Source: Macrostomum lignano (taxonomy: Eukaryota). Taken from it: a stretch of DNA of 48,931 nt. The translations under genes were made by a program, and so were the position numbers. Below are positions 28,160 through 44,625 of the stretch, piece after piece. Positions within the stretch are counted from its first letter, which is position 1. Each line of letters begins with the position of its first letter. Under the pieces are notes generated by a model. The model saw only the letters and a program-made list of their open reading frames with translations. It had not been told where the DNA came from and did no database searches. The stretch covers positions 1 through 48,931 of the forward strand of contig NIVC01004356.1 of NCBI GenBank assembly GCA_002269645.1, read 5' to 3'.

Positions 28160-29090
28160 TTTTGGGGTGTGGGATTCCGGATGAGGCGGTGTGGGATTCC
28201 GGATGAGGGGGTGTGGGATTCCGGATGAAAGGGTGTGGGATTCCGGATGAGGGGGTGTGGGATTCCGGATGAGGGGTTGTGGGATTCCGAATGAGGGGTT
28301 GTGGGATTCCAGGTGAGGCTGTGTGGGATTCCTGGTGAGGCTGTGTGGGATTCCAGGTGAGGTGGTGTGGGATTCCAGGTGAGGGGGATGCGGGTGAGGC
28401 GGTGTGGGATTCCAGGTGAGGTGGTGTGGGATTCCAGGTGACCAGGTGAGGGGGATGCGGGTGAGGCGGTGGGGGGTTCCGGGTGAGGCGGTGTGGGATT
28501 CCAGGTGAGTCAGTGAGGGATTCCAGGTGAGGCGATGTTGAATTCTGGGTGAGGCTGTGTGGGATTCCGGGTGAGGGGGTGTGGGATTCCATTTGAGGCG
28601 GTGTGGGATTCCAGTTGATGCGGTGTGGGATTCCAGGTGAGGCTGTGTGGGATTCCAGGTGAGTCAGTGAGGGATTCCAGGTGAGGCGATGTTGAATTCT
28701 GGGTGAGGCTGTGTGGAATTCCGGGTGAGGGGGTGTGGGATTCCAGTTGATGCGGTGTGGGATTCCAGGTGAGGCTGTGTGGGATTCCAGGTGAGTCAGT
28801 GAGGGATTCCAGGTGAGGCGATGTTGAATTCTGGGTGAGGCTGTGTGGAATTCCGGATGAGGGGGTGTGGGATTCCAGTTGATGCGGTGTGGGATTCCAG
28901 GTGAGGCTGTGTGGGATTCCAGGTGAGTCAGTCAGGGATTCCAGGTGAGGCGATGTTGAATTCTGGGTGAGGCTGTGTGGGATTCCGGATGAGGGGGTGT
29001 GGGATTCCAGTTGAGGTGGTGTGGGATTCCAGTTGATGCGGTGTGGGATTCCAGGTGAGGCTGTGTGAGATTCCAGGTGAGGCGGTGTGA
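28160..29090. repeat. About 21-bp G-rich minisatellite with a higher-order block
   Basis: Unit GTGTGGGATTCCAGGTGAGG(C/T). A block of about 120 bp containing GATGTTGAATTCTG recurs four times between about 28500 and 29040. Confidence 0.92.
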
Positions 29091-29809
29091 GGTTTCTTGG
29101 CTTCTTTCCAAGAAAAGAAAGATTAATTCCTAACTCTCAATCAAAAGCGTTGAACAAGTAAATTCAGAGTTTGCTTACCTTCTCTGTCCACGACAGGCGA
29201 ATAAGTTTTCAGAATTCCACAGATAAATTTGACAAATGAATAGTCAGTTAAATTTTAAATTTTAATTTGTGATCTATATTGAGACTCTCTCTTTAACGAT
29301 GTCTTTTTTCGAAGGTAGTTTTGCTGTCTTCTTCTTTTCGTGGAAGAAATTGAGAAGGGTTAAAAAGCTGACAGCAATTCTGCGGCGCACAGGCACATAG
29401 AGATAAGGAGAGGGAGAGGGAGAGAGAGAGAGAACTAGGGGAACCAGCCATTGGGTAGGTGGGTATCCGGGCTCCTATGGGATCAGAGAGTGCAGATTTG
29501 CGGATCTGTAAGTGGATCGAGCGGCTTCTGTCGAGCGGCTTCTGTCGAGGGCTTCTGTGACTATAAAATTAGCAATTCTGCGCGATCTCTGCAGTGCCGT
29601 TTCTGTTTGACTTTTTTGTCTCATTTTTAGACTCCTGAGCTGGGAGGCGAGATGAAAGAGACGGTCCTGAGCTGCCTGCGTGCCCTCCGTTCCCCCCCCC
29701 CTGGCTTCTCTGTCTCGGCTTTCTCTGCCTGCATTCTGGTCTGTTTGCCGCTTGTGCTGTCTCGAATCCTCTCCACACTTGCGCTCACCGTCTGCTCTGT
29801 TGATACTAG

Positions 29810-31130
29810 CCATCCTCTCAATCGATCTCACCCTCTCTCTCAATCAATCTCAAATTATCTCTCAATCAATCTCACCCTCTCCCTCAATCGATCTCACCCT
29901 CTCTCTCTCAATCAATCTCAAATTATCTCTCAATCAATCTCACCTTCTCTCTCAATAAATCTCACACTCTCTCAATCAATCTCACCTTCTCTCTCAATAA
30001 ATCTCACACTCTCTCTCTCAATCAATCTCACCCTCTCTCTCAATCGATCTCACCCTCTCTCTCTCAATCAATCTCACACTCTCTCTCTCAATCGATCTCA
30101 CCCTGTCTCTCTCAATCGATCTCACCCTGTCTCTCTCAATCAATTTCACCTTCTCTCTCAATAAATCTCACACTCTCTCTCAATCGATCTCACCCTCTCT
30201 CTCTCAATCAATTTCACCTTCTCTCTCAATAAATCTCACACTCTCTCTCAATCAATCTCACCCTGTCTCTCAATCGATCTCAAATTATCTCTCAATCAAT
30301 CTCACCCTCTCTCTCAATCAATCTCACCCTGTCTCTCAATCAATCTCACCTTCTCTCTCAATAAATCTCACCCTCTCTCTCAACCAATCTCACTCTCTCT
30401 CTCAATCAATCCCACCCTTTTTCTCTGAATCAATCTCACCCTCTCTCTCAATCAATCTCACCTTTTCTCTCAATCAATCTCACCCTGTCTCAATCAATCT
30501 CACCTTCTCTCTCAATCAATCTCACCCCTCTCTCAATCAATCTCACCCTCTCTCTCAATCAATCCCACCCTTTTTCTCTGAATCAATCTCACCCTCTCTC
30601 TCAATCAATCTCAACCTGTCTCTCAATCAATCTCACCCTGTCTCTCAATCAATCTCACCCTCTCTCTCAATCGATCTCACCCTCTCTCTCTCAATCAATC
30701 TCACCCTTTTTCTCTCAATCAATCTCAACCTGTCTCTCAATCAATTTCACCCTGTCTCTGAATCAATCTCACCCTCTCTCTTAATCAATCCCACCCTTTT
30801 TCTCTCAATCAATCTCACCCTGTCTCTCAATCAATCTCACCCTCTCTCAATCAATCTCACCCCTCTCTCAATCAATCTCACTCTCTCTCTCAATCAATCC
30901 CACCCTTTTTCTCTGAATCAATCTCACCCTCTCTCTCAATCAATCTCACCCTGTCTCAATCAATCTCATCCTCTCTCTCAATAAATCTCACCCTCTCTGT
31001 CAATAAATCTCACCCTCTTTCTCAATCAATCTCATCTTCTCCCTCAATCATCTCACCCTCTCTCTCTTTCAATCAATCTCAAATTCTCTTATCAATCTCA
31101 CCCTGTCTTTCAATCTCACCCTCTCCCCAA
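29810..31130. repeat. About 20-22-bp minisatellite (CTCAATCRATCTCACCCTCTCT)n between KChIP and calexcitin
   Basis: Unit cores vary among AATCAAT, AATCGAT and AATAAAT. Confidence 0.92.
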
Positions 31131-31611
31131 CTCATTCTCTCAGTCAGCCTCTCTTGCCTCCATCGCGCCTAGATCAATGTTGAATGGCTTAAATACTTTG
31201 CTGAAGAACATAATGGAGAACAAAGCCCATAGTCTGTTCTGAAAACAAGGATGCGTTCACAGCTCAGGAATAACAGCCGTGTTCCCGCTACTGAACTCTA
31301 ATCAAATAAGGGAAGGGGATTAGTTGGGGGGGGGGGCACAGAAAACCTGATTTGACTCAGCTAGCGGCATGAAGGTAGAAGTGAGAGAGTGAGTTAGATA
31401 TTGATTTTTTCCCAAGCGTTCAATCAGTATCGACTGAGAACTGTGTGCAAAACGGAATCGCAGTGCACTGCTGCACACCCTTCACAGTGTTTCACCTCAT
31501 TTAAACCTGGCAGTGGCTCTGGCACAGAACTTCTTATGCGAAATTCTGATCGATTTTGATATAATTTGAAATTCAAAACAGCTTCTCGTGAAGAAAAGAA
31601 TCCTCGAAGTC

Positions 31612-35091
<3,480 letters not shown>

Positions 35092-35274
35092 CTCAGCCGG
35101 CGCAGAAACGCTACTAGACCAGAGTTACTGTCAAAAGTGATTAATGTTTTTATTCTGGAGTATTTGAATACCTTTTTCTTGCAGTGAAATTTAATTGCCA
35201 ATAACATTTAACCCGGTGGGGTAGGACAATTCAAAGTTTATAGGAATACTTTTTTTGGGAATTCTAGCCGCTAT

Positions 35275-37692
35275 CCTCATGATCCCTGATCCCCAATGAG
35301 AATGATCACTGATCTCCAATGAGAATGGTCCCTGATCACCAGTGAGAATGATCCCTGATTACTAGTGAGAATGATCCCTGATCACCAGTGAGAATGATCC
35401 CTGATCACCATTGAGAATGATCCCTGATCACCAGTGAGAATGGTCCCTGATCACCAGTGAGAATGATCCCTGATCACCAGTGAGAATGATCCCTGATCAC
35501 CATTGAGAATGATCCCTGACCACCAGTGAGAATGATCCCTGATCACCAGTGAGAATGATCCCTGATTACTAGTGAGAATGATCCCTGATCACCAGTGAGA
35601 ATGATCCCTGATCACCATTGAGAATGATCCCTGATCACCAGTGAGAATGATTCCTGATCCCCAGTGAGAATGATCCCTGATCCCCAGTGAGAATTATCCC
35701 TGATCCTCAGTGAGAATGATCCCTGATCACCAGTGAGAATTATCCCTGATCCCCAATGAGAATGATCCCTGATCCCCAATGAGAATGATTCCTGATCCCC
35801 AATGAGAATGATCCCTGATCCCCAATGAGAATGATTCCTGATCCCCAATGAGAATGATTCCTGATCCCCAATGAGAATGATCCCTGATCGCCAGTGAGAA
35901 TGATCCCTGATCCCCAATGAGAATGATCCCTGATCACCAGTGAGAATGGTCCCTGATCCCCAATGAGAATGATCCCTGATCGCCAGTGAGAATGATCCCT
36001 GATCACCATTGAGAATGATCCCTGATCTCCAATGAGAATGATCCCTGATCACCAATGAGAATGATCCCTGATCCCCAATGAGAATGATCCCTGATCCCCA
36101 ATGAGAATGATTCCTGATCCCCAATGAGAATGATTCCTGATCCCCAATGAGAATGATCCCTGATCTCCAGTGAGACTGATCCCTGATCCCCAATGAGAAT
36201 GATCACTGATCTCCAGTGAGAATGATCCCTGATCACCAGTGAGAATTATCCCTGATCCCCAATGAGAATGATCCCTGATCGCCAGTGAGAATGATCCCTG
36301 ATCCCCAATGAGAATGATCACTGATCTCCAATGAGAATTATCCCTGATCCCCAATGAGAATGATCCCTGATCGCCAGTGAGAATGATCCCTGATCCCCAA
36401 TGAGAATGATCCCTGATCCCCAATGAGAATGATTCCTGATCCCCAATGAGAATGATCCCTGATCTCCAGTGAGACTGATCCCTGATCCCCAATGAGAATG
36501 ATCACTGATCTCCAATGAGAATGATCCCTGATCACCAGTGAGAATTATCCCTGATCCCCAATGAGAATGATCCCTGATCCCTGATCCCCAATGAGAATGA
36601 TCCCTGATCCCTGATCCCCAATGCGAATAATCACTGATCCCTAATGAGAATAATCCCTGACCCCAGTGAGAATGATTCCTGATCCCCAGTGAAAATGATT
36701 CTTTTATCCCCAGTAAGAATGATCCCTGATCCCCAATGAGAGATCCCTGATCCCCAGTGAGAATGACCCTGATCCCCAGTGAGAACGACCCATGATCCCC
36801 AGTGAGAATGGTTCCTGATCCCCAATGAGAATGAGCCCTGATCCCCAATGAGAGATCCCTGATCCTCAGTGAGAATGATCCCTGATCCTCAGTGAGAATG
36901 ATCCCTGATCCTCAGTGAGAATGATCCCTGATCCTCAGTGAGAATGATCCCTGATCCCCAGTGAGAATGATCCCTGATCCTCAGTGAGAATGATCCCTGA
37001 TCCCCAATGAGAGATCCCTGATCCTCAGTGAGAATGATCCCTGATCCCCAGTGAGAATGATCCCTGATCCTCAGTGAGAATGATCCCTGATCCTCAGTGA
37101 GAATGATCCCTGATCCCCAGTGAGAATGATCCCTGATTACTAGTGAGAATGATCCCTGATCACCAGTGAGAATGATCCCTGATCCTCAGTGAGAATGATC
37201 CCTGATCCTCAGTGAGAATGATCCCTGATCCCCAATGAGAATTATTCCTGATCACCATTGAGAATGATCCCTGATCCTCAGTGAGAATGATCCCTGATCC
37301 CCGGTGAGAATGATCCCTGATTACTAGTGAGAATGATCCCTGATCACCAGTGAGAATGATCCCTGAACACCAGTGAGAATGATCCCTGATCCCCAGTGAG
37401 AATGATCCCTGATCCCCAGTGAGAATGATCCCTGATCCTCAGTGAGAATGATCCCTGATCCTCAGTGAGAATGATCCCTGATCCCCAGTGAGAATGATCC
37501 CTGATCCCCAGTGAGAATGATCCCTGATCCCCAGTGAGAGAGATCCCTGATCCCCAATGAGAGATCCCTGATCCCCAGCGAGAATGCCCATGATCCTCAG
37601 TGAGAATGATCCCTGATCCTAGAATGATTCCTTATCCCTAATTTCTGATCCCCAATGAGAATGATCCCTGATCCCCAATGAGAATGATCCCA
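35275..37692. repeat. 23-bp minisatellite of about 2.4 kb downstream of calexcitin
   Basis: Unit GATCCCTGATC(A/C)CCA(G/A)TGAGAAT. Confidence 0.96.
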
Positions 37693-38064
37693 TACTACTC
37701 ATTGTCCAAAGCACCCAATGAGCCCCTGAGCGATACCCTAATCAGTTTTGATTTTGATGAAATTGTGCACAGATTTCCTCTTTGCAAATGAATGGTCACT
37801 AACTAAAATAAACGTAATTAGCAATAAGGTGTTAATAAATGCTGTTGTTGATGCTTTAAGCTTTACAGTTCTTTTGGGGTGGGGCGATGATTTTTGCTCC
37901 GGTTTTCTATCTCTGGGTTCAATGATTTCCTTTTTATGTTCGTGTTTTCTTTTTTAAACTCAATATACACGACAAATATATCTGTCCTGTTCGGTACCTT
38001 TGTTCATTTTTTGTTTGCTATAATGAAACAGTTCTAAGCCAGCGGCGACTTGTTAATTGTATAG

Positions 38065-38790
38065 AGCCAAACTGTGTTTCAGTGGCGCAAAACAGTGTGT
38101 TTCAGTGCGCCAAATTGTGTTTCAGTGGCGCCAAACAGTGTGTTTCAGTGGCGCCAAACAGTGTGTTTCAGTGGCGCCAAATTGTGTTTCAGTGGCGCAA
38201 AACAGTGTGTTTCAGTGCGCCAAATTGTGTTTCAGTGGCGCCAAACAGTGTGTTTCAGTGCGCCAAATTGTGTTTCAGTGGCGCCAAACAGTGTGTTTCA
38301 GTGGCGCCAAATTGTGTTTCAGTGGCGCCAAATTGTGTGTTTTAATGGTGCCAAACAGTGTGTTTCAGTAGTGCCAGCAGTGTGTTTCATTGGCGCCAAA
38401 TTGTGTGTTTTAAGGGCGCCAAACAGTGTTTCAGTGGCGCCAAACAGTGTGTTTCAGTGGCGCCAAATTGTGTTTCAGTGGCGCCAAATTGTGTTTCAGC
38501 GGCGCCAAGTTGTGTTTCAGCGGCGCCAAGTTGTGTGTTTCAGCGGCGCCAAGTTGTGTGTTTCAGTGGCGCCAAGTTGTGTTTCAGTGGCGCCAAATTG
38601 TGTGTTTTATTGGCGCCAAATTGTGTTTCAGCGGCGTCAAGTTGTGTGTTTCAGTGGCGCCAAATTGTGTTCAGTGGCGCCAAACAGTGTTTCAGTGGCG
38701 CCAAACAGTGTGTTTCAGTGGCGCCAAATTTTGTTTCAGTCGCGTCAAATTGTGTTTCTGCAGTGGCGTCAAGTTGTGTGTTTCAATGGA
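38065..38790. repeat. 21-23-bp minisatellite containing GGCGCCAAA
   Basis: Unit TGTGTTTCAGTGGCGCCAAA(T/CAG); about 21 GCGCCAAA copies counted by eye. Confidence 0.93.
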
Positions 38791-39806
38791 GGGGAGTTGT
38801 GTTTTATCGGATAAAGTCGATAATGTAATATCCGTATCTACTCAGCTCAGAAGAACTGGAAAATAGCTGAAAATTACACTTAACCACTTATAGCTTAGCG
38901 AGCCATTTTTCGCTTAACTGCTGACAAAAATTCCAAGAAACAGGGTGAGAAAATAATCAAATTCAAACAAGTTGAATTGCGAGCAGAGAGAAGACTGTTC
39001 AGCGATTCCTATCTGCTCTACCCAGCAACTGCCAGACCGCCTCTCGAGTGCCAATAAACCCCAAGTTGGCTAGCAAAGTGCATAAGACCAACACTGATCT
39101 TTCCATTTTGCGAACAAGTGCAAATTATAAACCTTTTTTGTTTTCTTCCCAATGGCAGAAGTAATATTTTGGGGAGATGATTTTCAAAAGGAATGTTGTG
39201 CCAGCCCGCCGGGTTACTTCAGTGCTTCGTGTTTTGCTGCTTCTAGGAAGTTATTGGAAAGTAGTTGACCCCCCCCCCATGAGGGAGCGGCAGAGGCTGA
39301 CAGGGGAACCGGGGCTTCTGCAGTGATGCAGGTTACCGCTGCTGTCAAATAGACTGACTGTTCCTGTCTTTTAGAAGATACTTTTTTCCCGGCATGGATT
39401 CAAACTAGCAAGGCTTTGCCGTGGGTTAGCGGCTGTGGGGTTGAACTAAAGGGCTGGTAGATCAGGTTGATACTACTGTCAGGTTGTTTAGGTGAGTAGT
39501 CAACACTGAGTTTTAAAAACGAAAGTAAATGGCTTCTGTTAAATTTGCCTGTAATTCTCTATGAAATCCCACTACATTATGGATTTGCCTGTATACCTAT
39601 CCATAATTCCCCTGCCGGCATGTAATTCCCTCTGCCTCTGATTCCCTGCTGGACTGTAATTCTCTTTTCCTGTTCATAATTCAGAAAGACGGACAAGCAA
39701 ACAGACACAGAAAGACAGATAGAAAGGGCAGAAGGAATTTCCTTCAGGCAAAAGGAATCACGAGCAGTCTATAGAGGGAATTACAGGCAGAAAGAGAGTC
39801 TATCCA

Positions 39807-40366
<560 letters not shown>

Positions 40367-40450
40367 TCGTCTCTCCTATAGCTCTGAAGAAGAAATTACC
40401 AGATTAGCAATTGACTATTTCTTTGCTCCTGCCCTGTCTGCCTCCCCCGT

Positions 40451-40454
<4 letters not shown>

Positions 40455-40513
<59 letters not shown>
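40455..40513. repeat. (CT)n microsatellite
   Basis: Directly visible. Confidence 0.95.
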
Positions 40514-40517
<4 letters not shown>

Positions 40518-40819
40518 CTCTTCGTCAAGTTTCTCTGCGGCCAATATTGATCGGCATTGACTGGTCAAGTTTCCCAATTCCTGGCAGGGCTGGGAAGCAG
40601 CGGTGGTCCCGTCCTGCTCCCTACAAGCCACCAGCGCCCTGCCCCCCTCGAGCCACTCGCAGAAAATAATTTTGGAAGCTCTGCATCGACGGCATTCGAT
40701 TTTTTTTCTCCTGGCGGGGCTCGGACACCCGCCCGGCCGGCCGGGACTGACTGGCCGAGAAGGATGCGGGAGAAGAGAGTCGCAGCGGAGCACAGCATAG
40801 GTGGGATTTCCATCCCCTT

Positions 40820-41010
40820 GGGATCTTAGCCAATGACGAGCAGCGGATGCCCGACTCAGGCAGCCAATGGCGGCGCAGAAGTGTGGCGAGCATTTCTAAC
40901 CAGAAAAGTCGGGACGAGGCGCCCCAACTCGCCGAGCTCAAATCGACTGAGTAACTCCCTCCAGAGCGTTCGAAGCTTTCCCGTCTTTGAGCGGATAAAT
41001 CAATTTTTGT
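40820..41010 (+). promoter_or_regulatory. Putative ONECUT promoter region
   Basis: Two AGCCAATG boxes (near 40828 and 40862), GC-rich sequence and TAAATCAAT near 40996, located 170-350 nt upstream of the ATG. Confidence 0.4.
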
Positions 41011-41174
41011 TCCCAGATTTTTTCGGTTCGGAAAGCCGATAGGCGGCATCAGGAGGCTCCGGAGAGACGCGGAAGAGAGGGATAATTCTCCCTTCAAACA
41101 GTAAAATCGAAGCACAGAGATCCGGGAAAACCCCCTCATCCCCCATCGGACACTCCTCGGTCCAGCCGGTCGCT

Positions 41175-41624
41175 ATGCTCGAGTCATCGGATTTCCGGCC
41201 GGACTCTTACCAGATCAATGGCCGGCTGAGTCCGCCCTATGGCATGGGCGTCAACTACGCAGCGCTGGGCCCGCTGTCCGGCCTGCCGCCTGCCATGACT
41301 TCAGCGGCCTGCTCGGCTGGCGGCGGCAACGGGCTGGACAAGTTCAACAACCAGACGGTGGCTCACGGGGCCAGCGGAGGCGGCAGCGGAGGCGGCTACA
41401 GCTTCCTGCACCAGCACGGCGGCGGCTGTGGCTACGGCATGCAGGACATCAAGCCGTTCAACAGCCTGGAAATGAAGTCCTTCTCCGGCGGAATGTCGAC
41501 CGCTGTTGGAAACGAGCTCAACAAATACTTGAGCATTCCCGGGCCGATGGGGCCGGCACTGTCTCACGCGCAGAATCACATGAACGCGTATATGGCGTCC
41601 AATGCTTCATCCTACCAGCATCTT

Positions 41625-41656
<32 letters not shown>

Positions 41657-42180
41657 GCAACAACAGCAGCAACAGATCAACGGGGCCTACTATGGCCAAG
41701 AGTCTGAGCTCAAGTCCGATATGAAACCGCCGGCCGCTCTGTCGGCGAGCTACGCTCAGTTCCGCGGTATTCCGGAGTCGCATCTGCATTATTCGAGTTT
41801 CGGTGCGGCCTCCGCTGGAGGAGGAGGCGGCGGCGGCGGCGGGGGTGGAGGCAGCGGCGGCGGAAGTTCCAACGGCGGAGGCGGCAGCGGCGGCGGCGGC
41901 GGCGGCGGCTCGCACCAAGTGTCGTCGGGAACAGCCGACATGGAGGAGATCAACACGAAGGACTTGGCGCACCGGATCAGCGCTGAGCTGAAGCGCTACA
42001 GCATTCCTCAGGCGGTGTTCGCCCAGCGAGTTCTGTGCCGCAGCCAGGGCACCCTGTCGGATCTGTTGCGCAATCCGAAGCCATGGAGCAAGCTGAAGTC
42101 TGGCAGGGAGACCTTCAGGCGGATGTGGAAGTGGCTGCAGGAGCCCGAGTTCCAGCGCATGTCAGCGTTGAGACTAGCCG
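41175..42180 (+). CDS. ONECUT: ONECUT homeobox transcription factor, CUT-domain exon (partial; homeodomain exon not found in the window)
   Basis: Full CUT domain EEINTKDLAHRISAELKRYSIPQAVFAQRVLCRSQGTLSDLLRNPKPWSKLKSGRETFRRMWKWLQEPEFQRMSALRLA followed by a phase-1 donor G|GTGAGT at 42181, the typical ONECUT intron position. The N-terminus has a TP-box-like segment (NGRLSPP...YAALGPLSGLPP...DKF) plus polyQ and polyG tracts. Confidence 0.95.
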
Positions 42181-44089
42181 GTGAGTCAAAAGTTATTTCG
42201 CTTTGCGCCGCACTTATAAAAGACTTTGAAGCTTGTCTTCTGCCAATGATGAAACCTTGTCTGTCTTCTGTAGCTGAACCCCGGCCCGCTCCCACCTGCA
42301 CACATCAATCTTGCATCATTTGCTCTTCCGTTCCTCTCCCCCCCAGTCTCCTTTTGAAAGAACACAAAACTGGAGCTGCAGAGGCAGGTAAAGATGAACG
42401 CGGAACGCAAGTGAAGACAATGATGGCTTTGCTGGGGGCGGAGGGGTGGGTAGCAAGGGGTAGCTGGGGCTAAGGAGCATGGGGGGATGAGCGTCTTGCA
42501 CACTGCGGGGTAAATGCTTGCTTGCTTGTGGCAGATTTGCTTGAGGAGTCGGTCGGCTTGCCTTTGCTAGCTAAGAAAGGAAAGGGGAAGAGAGAGAGGG
42601 AGAGGACAGAGAGAAGTCTTGACGGCCTTCATATTAAGTGGGATGCGACTGGAGCCGAGGTGGAGGTGGAGACTCAAGCAGGGACCGAAGGGGTTTGGGT
42701 TTTGGGCCGTTAGGAGCAGTTTGGCAAACAGCTGATGATGGAAGAGGGGGGGAGGGCTTTATTTAATAGAAGGTGTTATATTTCTGCTCTCCACTCACGC
42801 CAACACGCGCTCTACACGCGCACTGGGTCCGCCACAGTTTTCAGTTCAAACTATTTGTTCAACACTTGTGTCAACGCCTTGCCGAAGGTTTTAATGTGTA
42901 TGCGTATATATAAATTTATTCTGTACGTTGAGTGGACAGAGTCTGTCTCAGATGCTTAAGTACGAGTCCAGAATCTTTGCAGCATAAAATCTCCGAAATG
43001 TACAAAAGAAGATGCAATTCAGCCAAAGACTTTGCCAGCTCAAGTTTTAAACTGTCCTTTGATTCTTACACATGTTCCCTATAGAGGAAGCTGCTCCAAC
43101 ACCTGAGGCATTCCAGAACTTTGTCTTGTGTAGGCTTTAAACTTCCTTCATCTATACTATTGGCTTCTGCATTCAGCTGCAGGGGTCTGCCTGCCTGACT
43201 GACTGTTCCTCTTTTACAACACAAAGTCTGACCTCTGCAAAGCCGCGCGCAGGCAGTGTCTTTCTGCTTCAGAAAAGAAACTGGAGGCTATAGCTCCCTT
43301 CACTTTCTTTCTCACCTGGCTCCACTTCCCATTTCCTTGTCTTACTCATCCGCCCAGTGGTATGAGCTCTCTGTAATTGTTGTCATTGCAGTTCTGGCAT
43401 TTTCAAGACACTAACGCAGCCTCATGTTTAGATTTCACGGTCATAGGGGCCGCTGTACACCCCTGTGTGAGCATCCAAGACTGAGCAAATTAGTTCCTTC
43501 ATTTGGGAATTAAGCGGAGTATCACCATTCTAATTTTTCATGCGACTTTACACAGAGACTCGATCGCCCTAAGGCGAGGTCTTAAAAGGCAGAGAAATTG
43601 CAAGCATCGAGCCACCCCGCGCTCCACTCGCCACTGCTATACTCCGGGCAAAAGCCTTCCGGCCGAGTGGTTTACATCCATCTGCACCTCCATTTAGAGG
43701 CTAAAGCTGTTCTCTCCCCTCCAGCTGCAGTCTTTTTTAATCATTCGTGTATTCCGCCAGCAGTCTCTTGTCTTCATACCAACCACAGTGACGGAGCCCG
43801 GAGCCCAGCCTCATAGGATGAGGATAGAGAGGCGCGGAAGACGCTAGTCGATAACCCACTTGAAGTGGGCTGACAATATTTGCCGTTGCGGGGGTACAGA
43901 GGCGATGGACAGGGGGCTGAGGCGGGATGAGCCTAATGCATATGATGAAGACTCTGAGCCTGCAGGAGCGTTACATGACCGATTATTCATATATTGAGTG
44001 CACCGCTTGGGTGTTAAACTGCTGCCTCTTCTCTGGTCACTCTTCTCTTGGACTGCGTTTTATGAATAATATTTCATATCTATTGCCAT

Positions 44090-44625
44090 CTCCCACCGGA
44101 CTCTCTCCCTCAGGACTGTCTCCCACTGGACTCTCTCCCACTGGACTCTCTCCCACTGGACTCTCTCCCACTGGACTCTCTCCCACTGGACTCTCTCCCA
44201 CTGGACTCTCTCCCTCAGGACTGTCTCCCACTGGACTCTCTCCCTCAGGACTCTCTCCCATCGGACTCTCTCCCACTGGACTCTCTCTCACTGGACTCTC
44301 TCTCACTGGACTCTCTCTCACTGGACTCTCTTTCTCTGGACTCTCTCCACCGGACTCTCTCAGTCTGGACTCTCTCCCACTGGACTGTCTCCCACTGGAC
44401 TGTCTCCCACTGGACTGTCTCCCACTGGACTCTCTCCCACTGGACTCTCTCCACTGGACTCTCTCCCACTGGACTCTCTCCCTCAGGACTGTCTCCCAAC
44501 GGACTCTCTCAGTCTGGACTCTCTCCCACCGGACTCTCTCCCACCGGACTCTCTCCCACTGGACTCTCTCTCACTGGACTCTCTCCCACTGGACTCTCTC
44601 CCACTGGACTCTCTCCCCGAACTCT
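44090..44625. repeat. 15-bp minisatellite in the ONECUT intron
   Basis: Unit CTGGACTCTCTCCCA. Confidence 0.93.

Noticed and set aside
25073-28592. ORFs 25073-25756, 25195-25626, 26497-26847 and 27822-28592
   Set aside because: These are mostly satellite read-through. Only 25817-25637 is kept, as a tentative KChIP exon.
42181-42473. Extension of the ONECUT ORF (ESKVISLCAALIK...)
   Set aside because: This is read-through past the canonical GTGAGT donor into the intron, with no homeodomain similarity.
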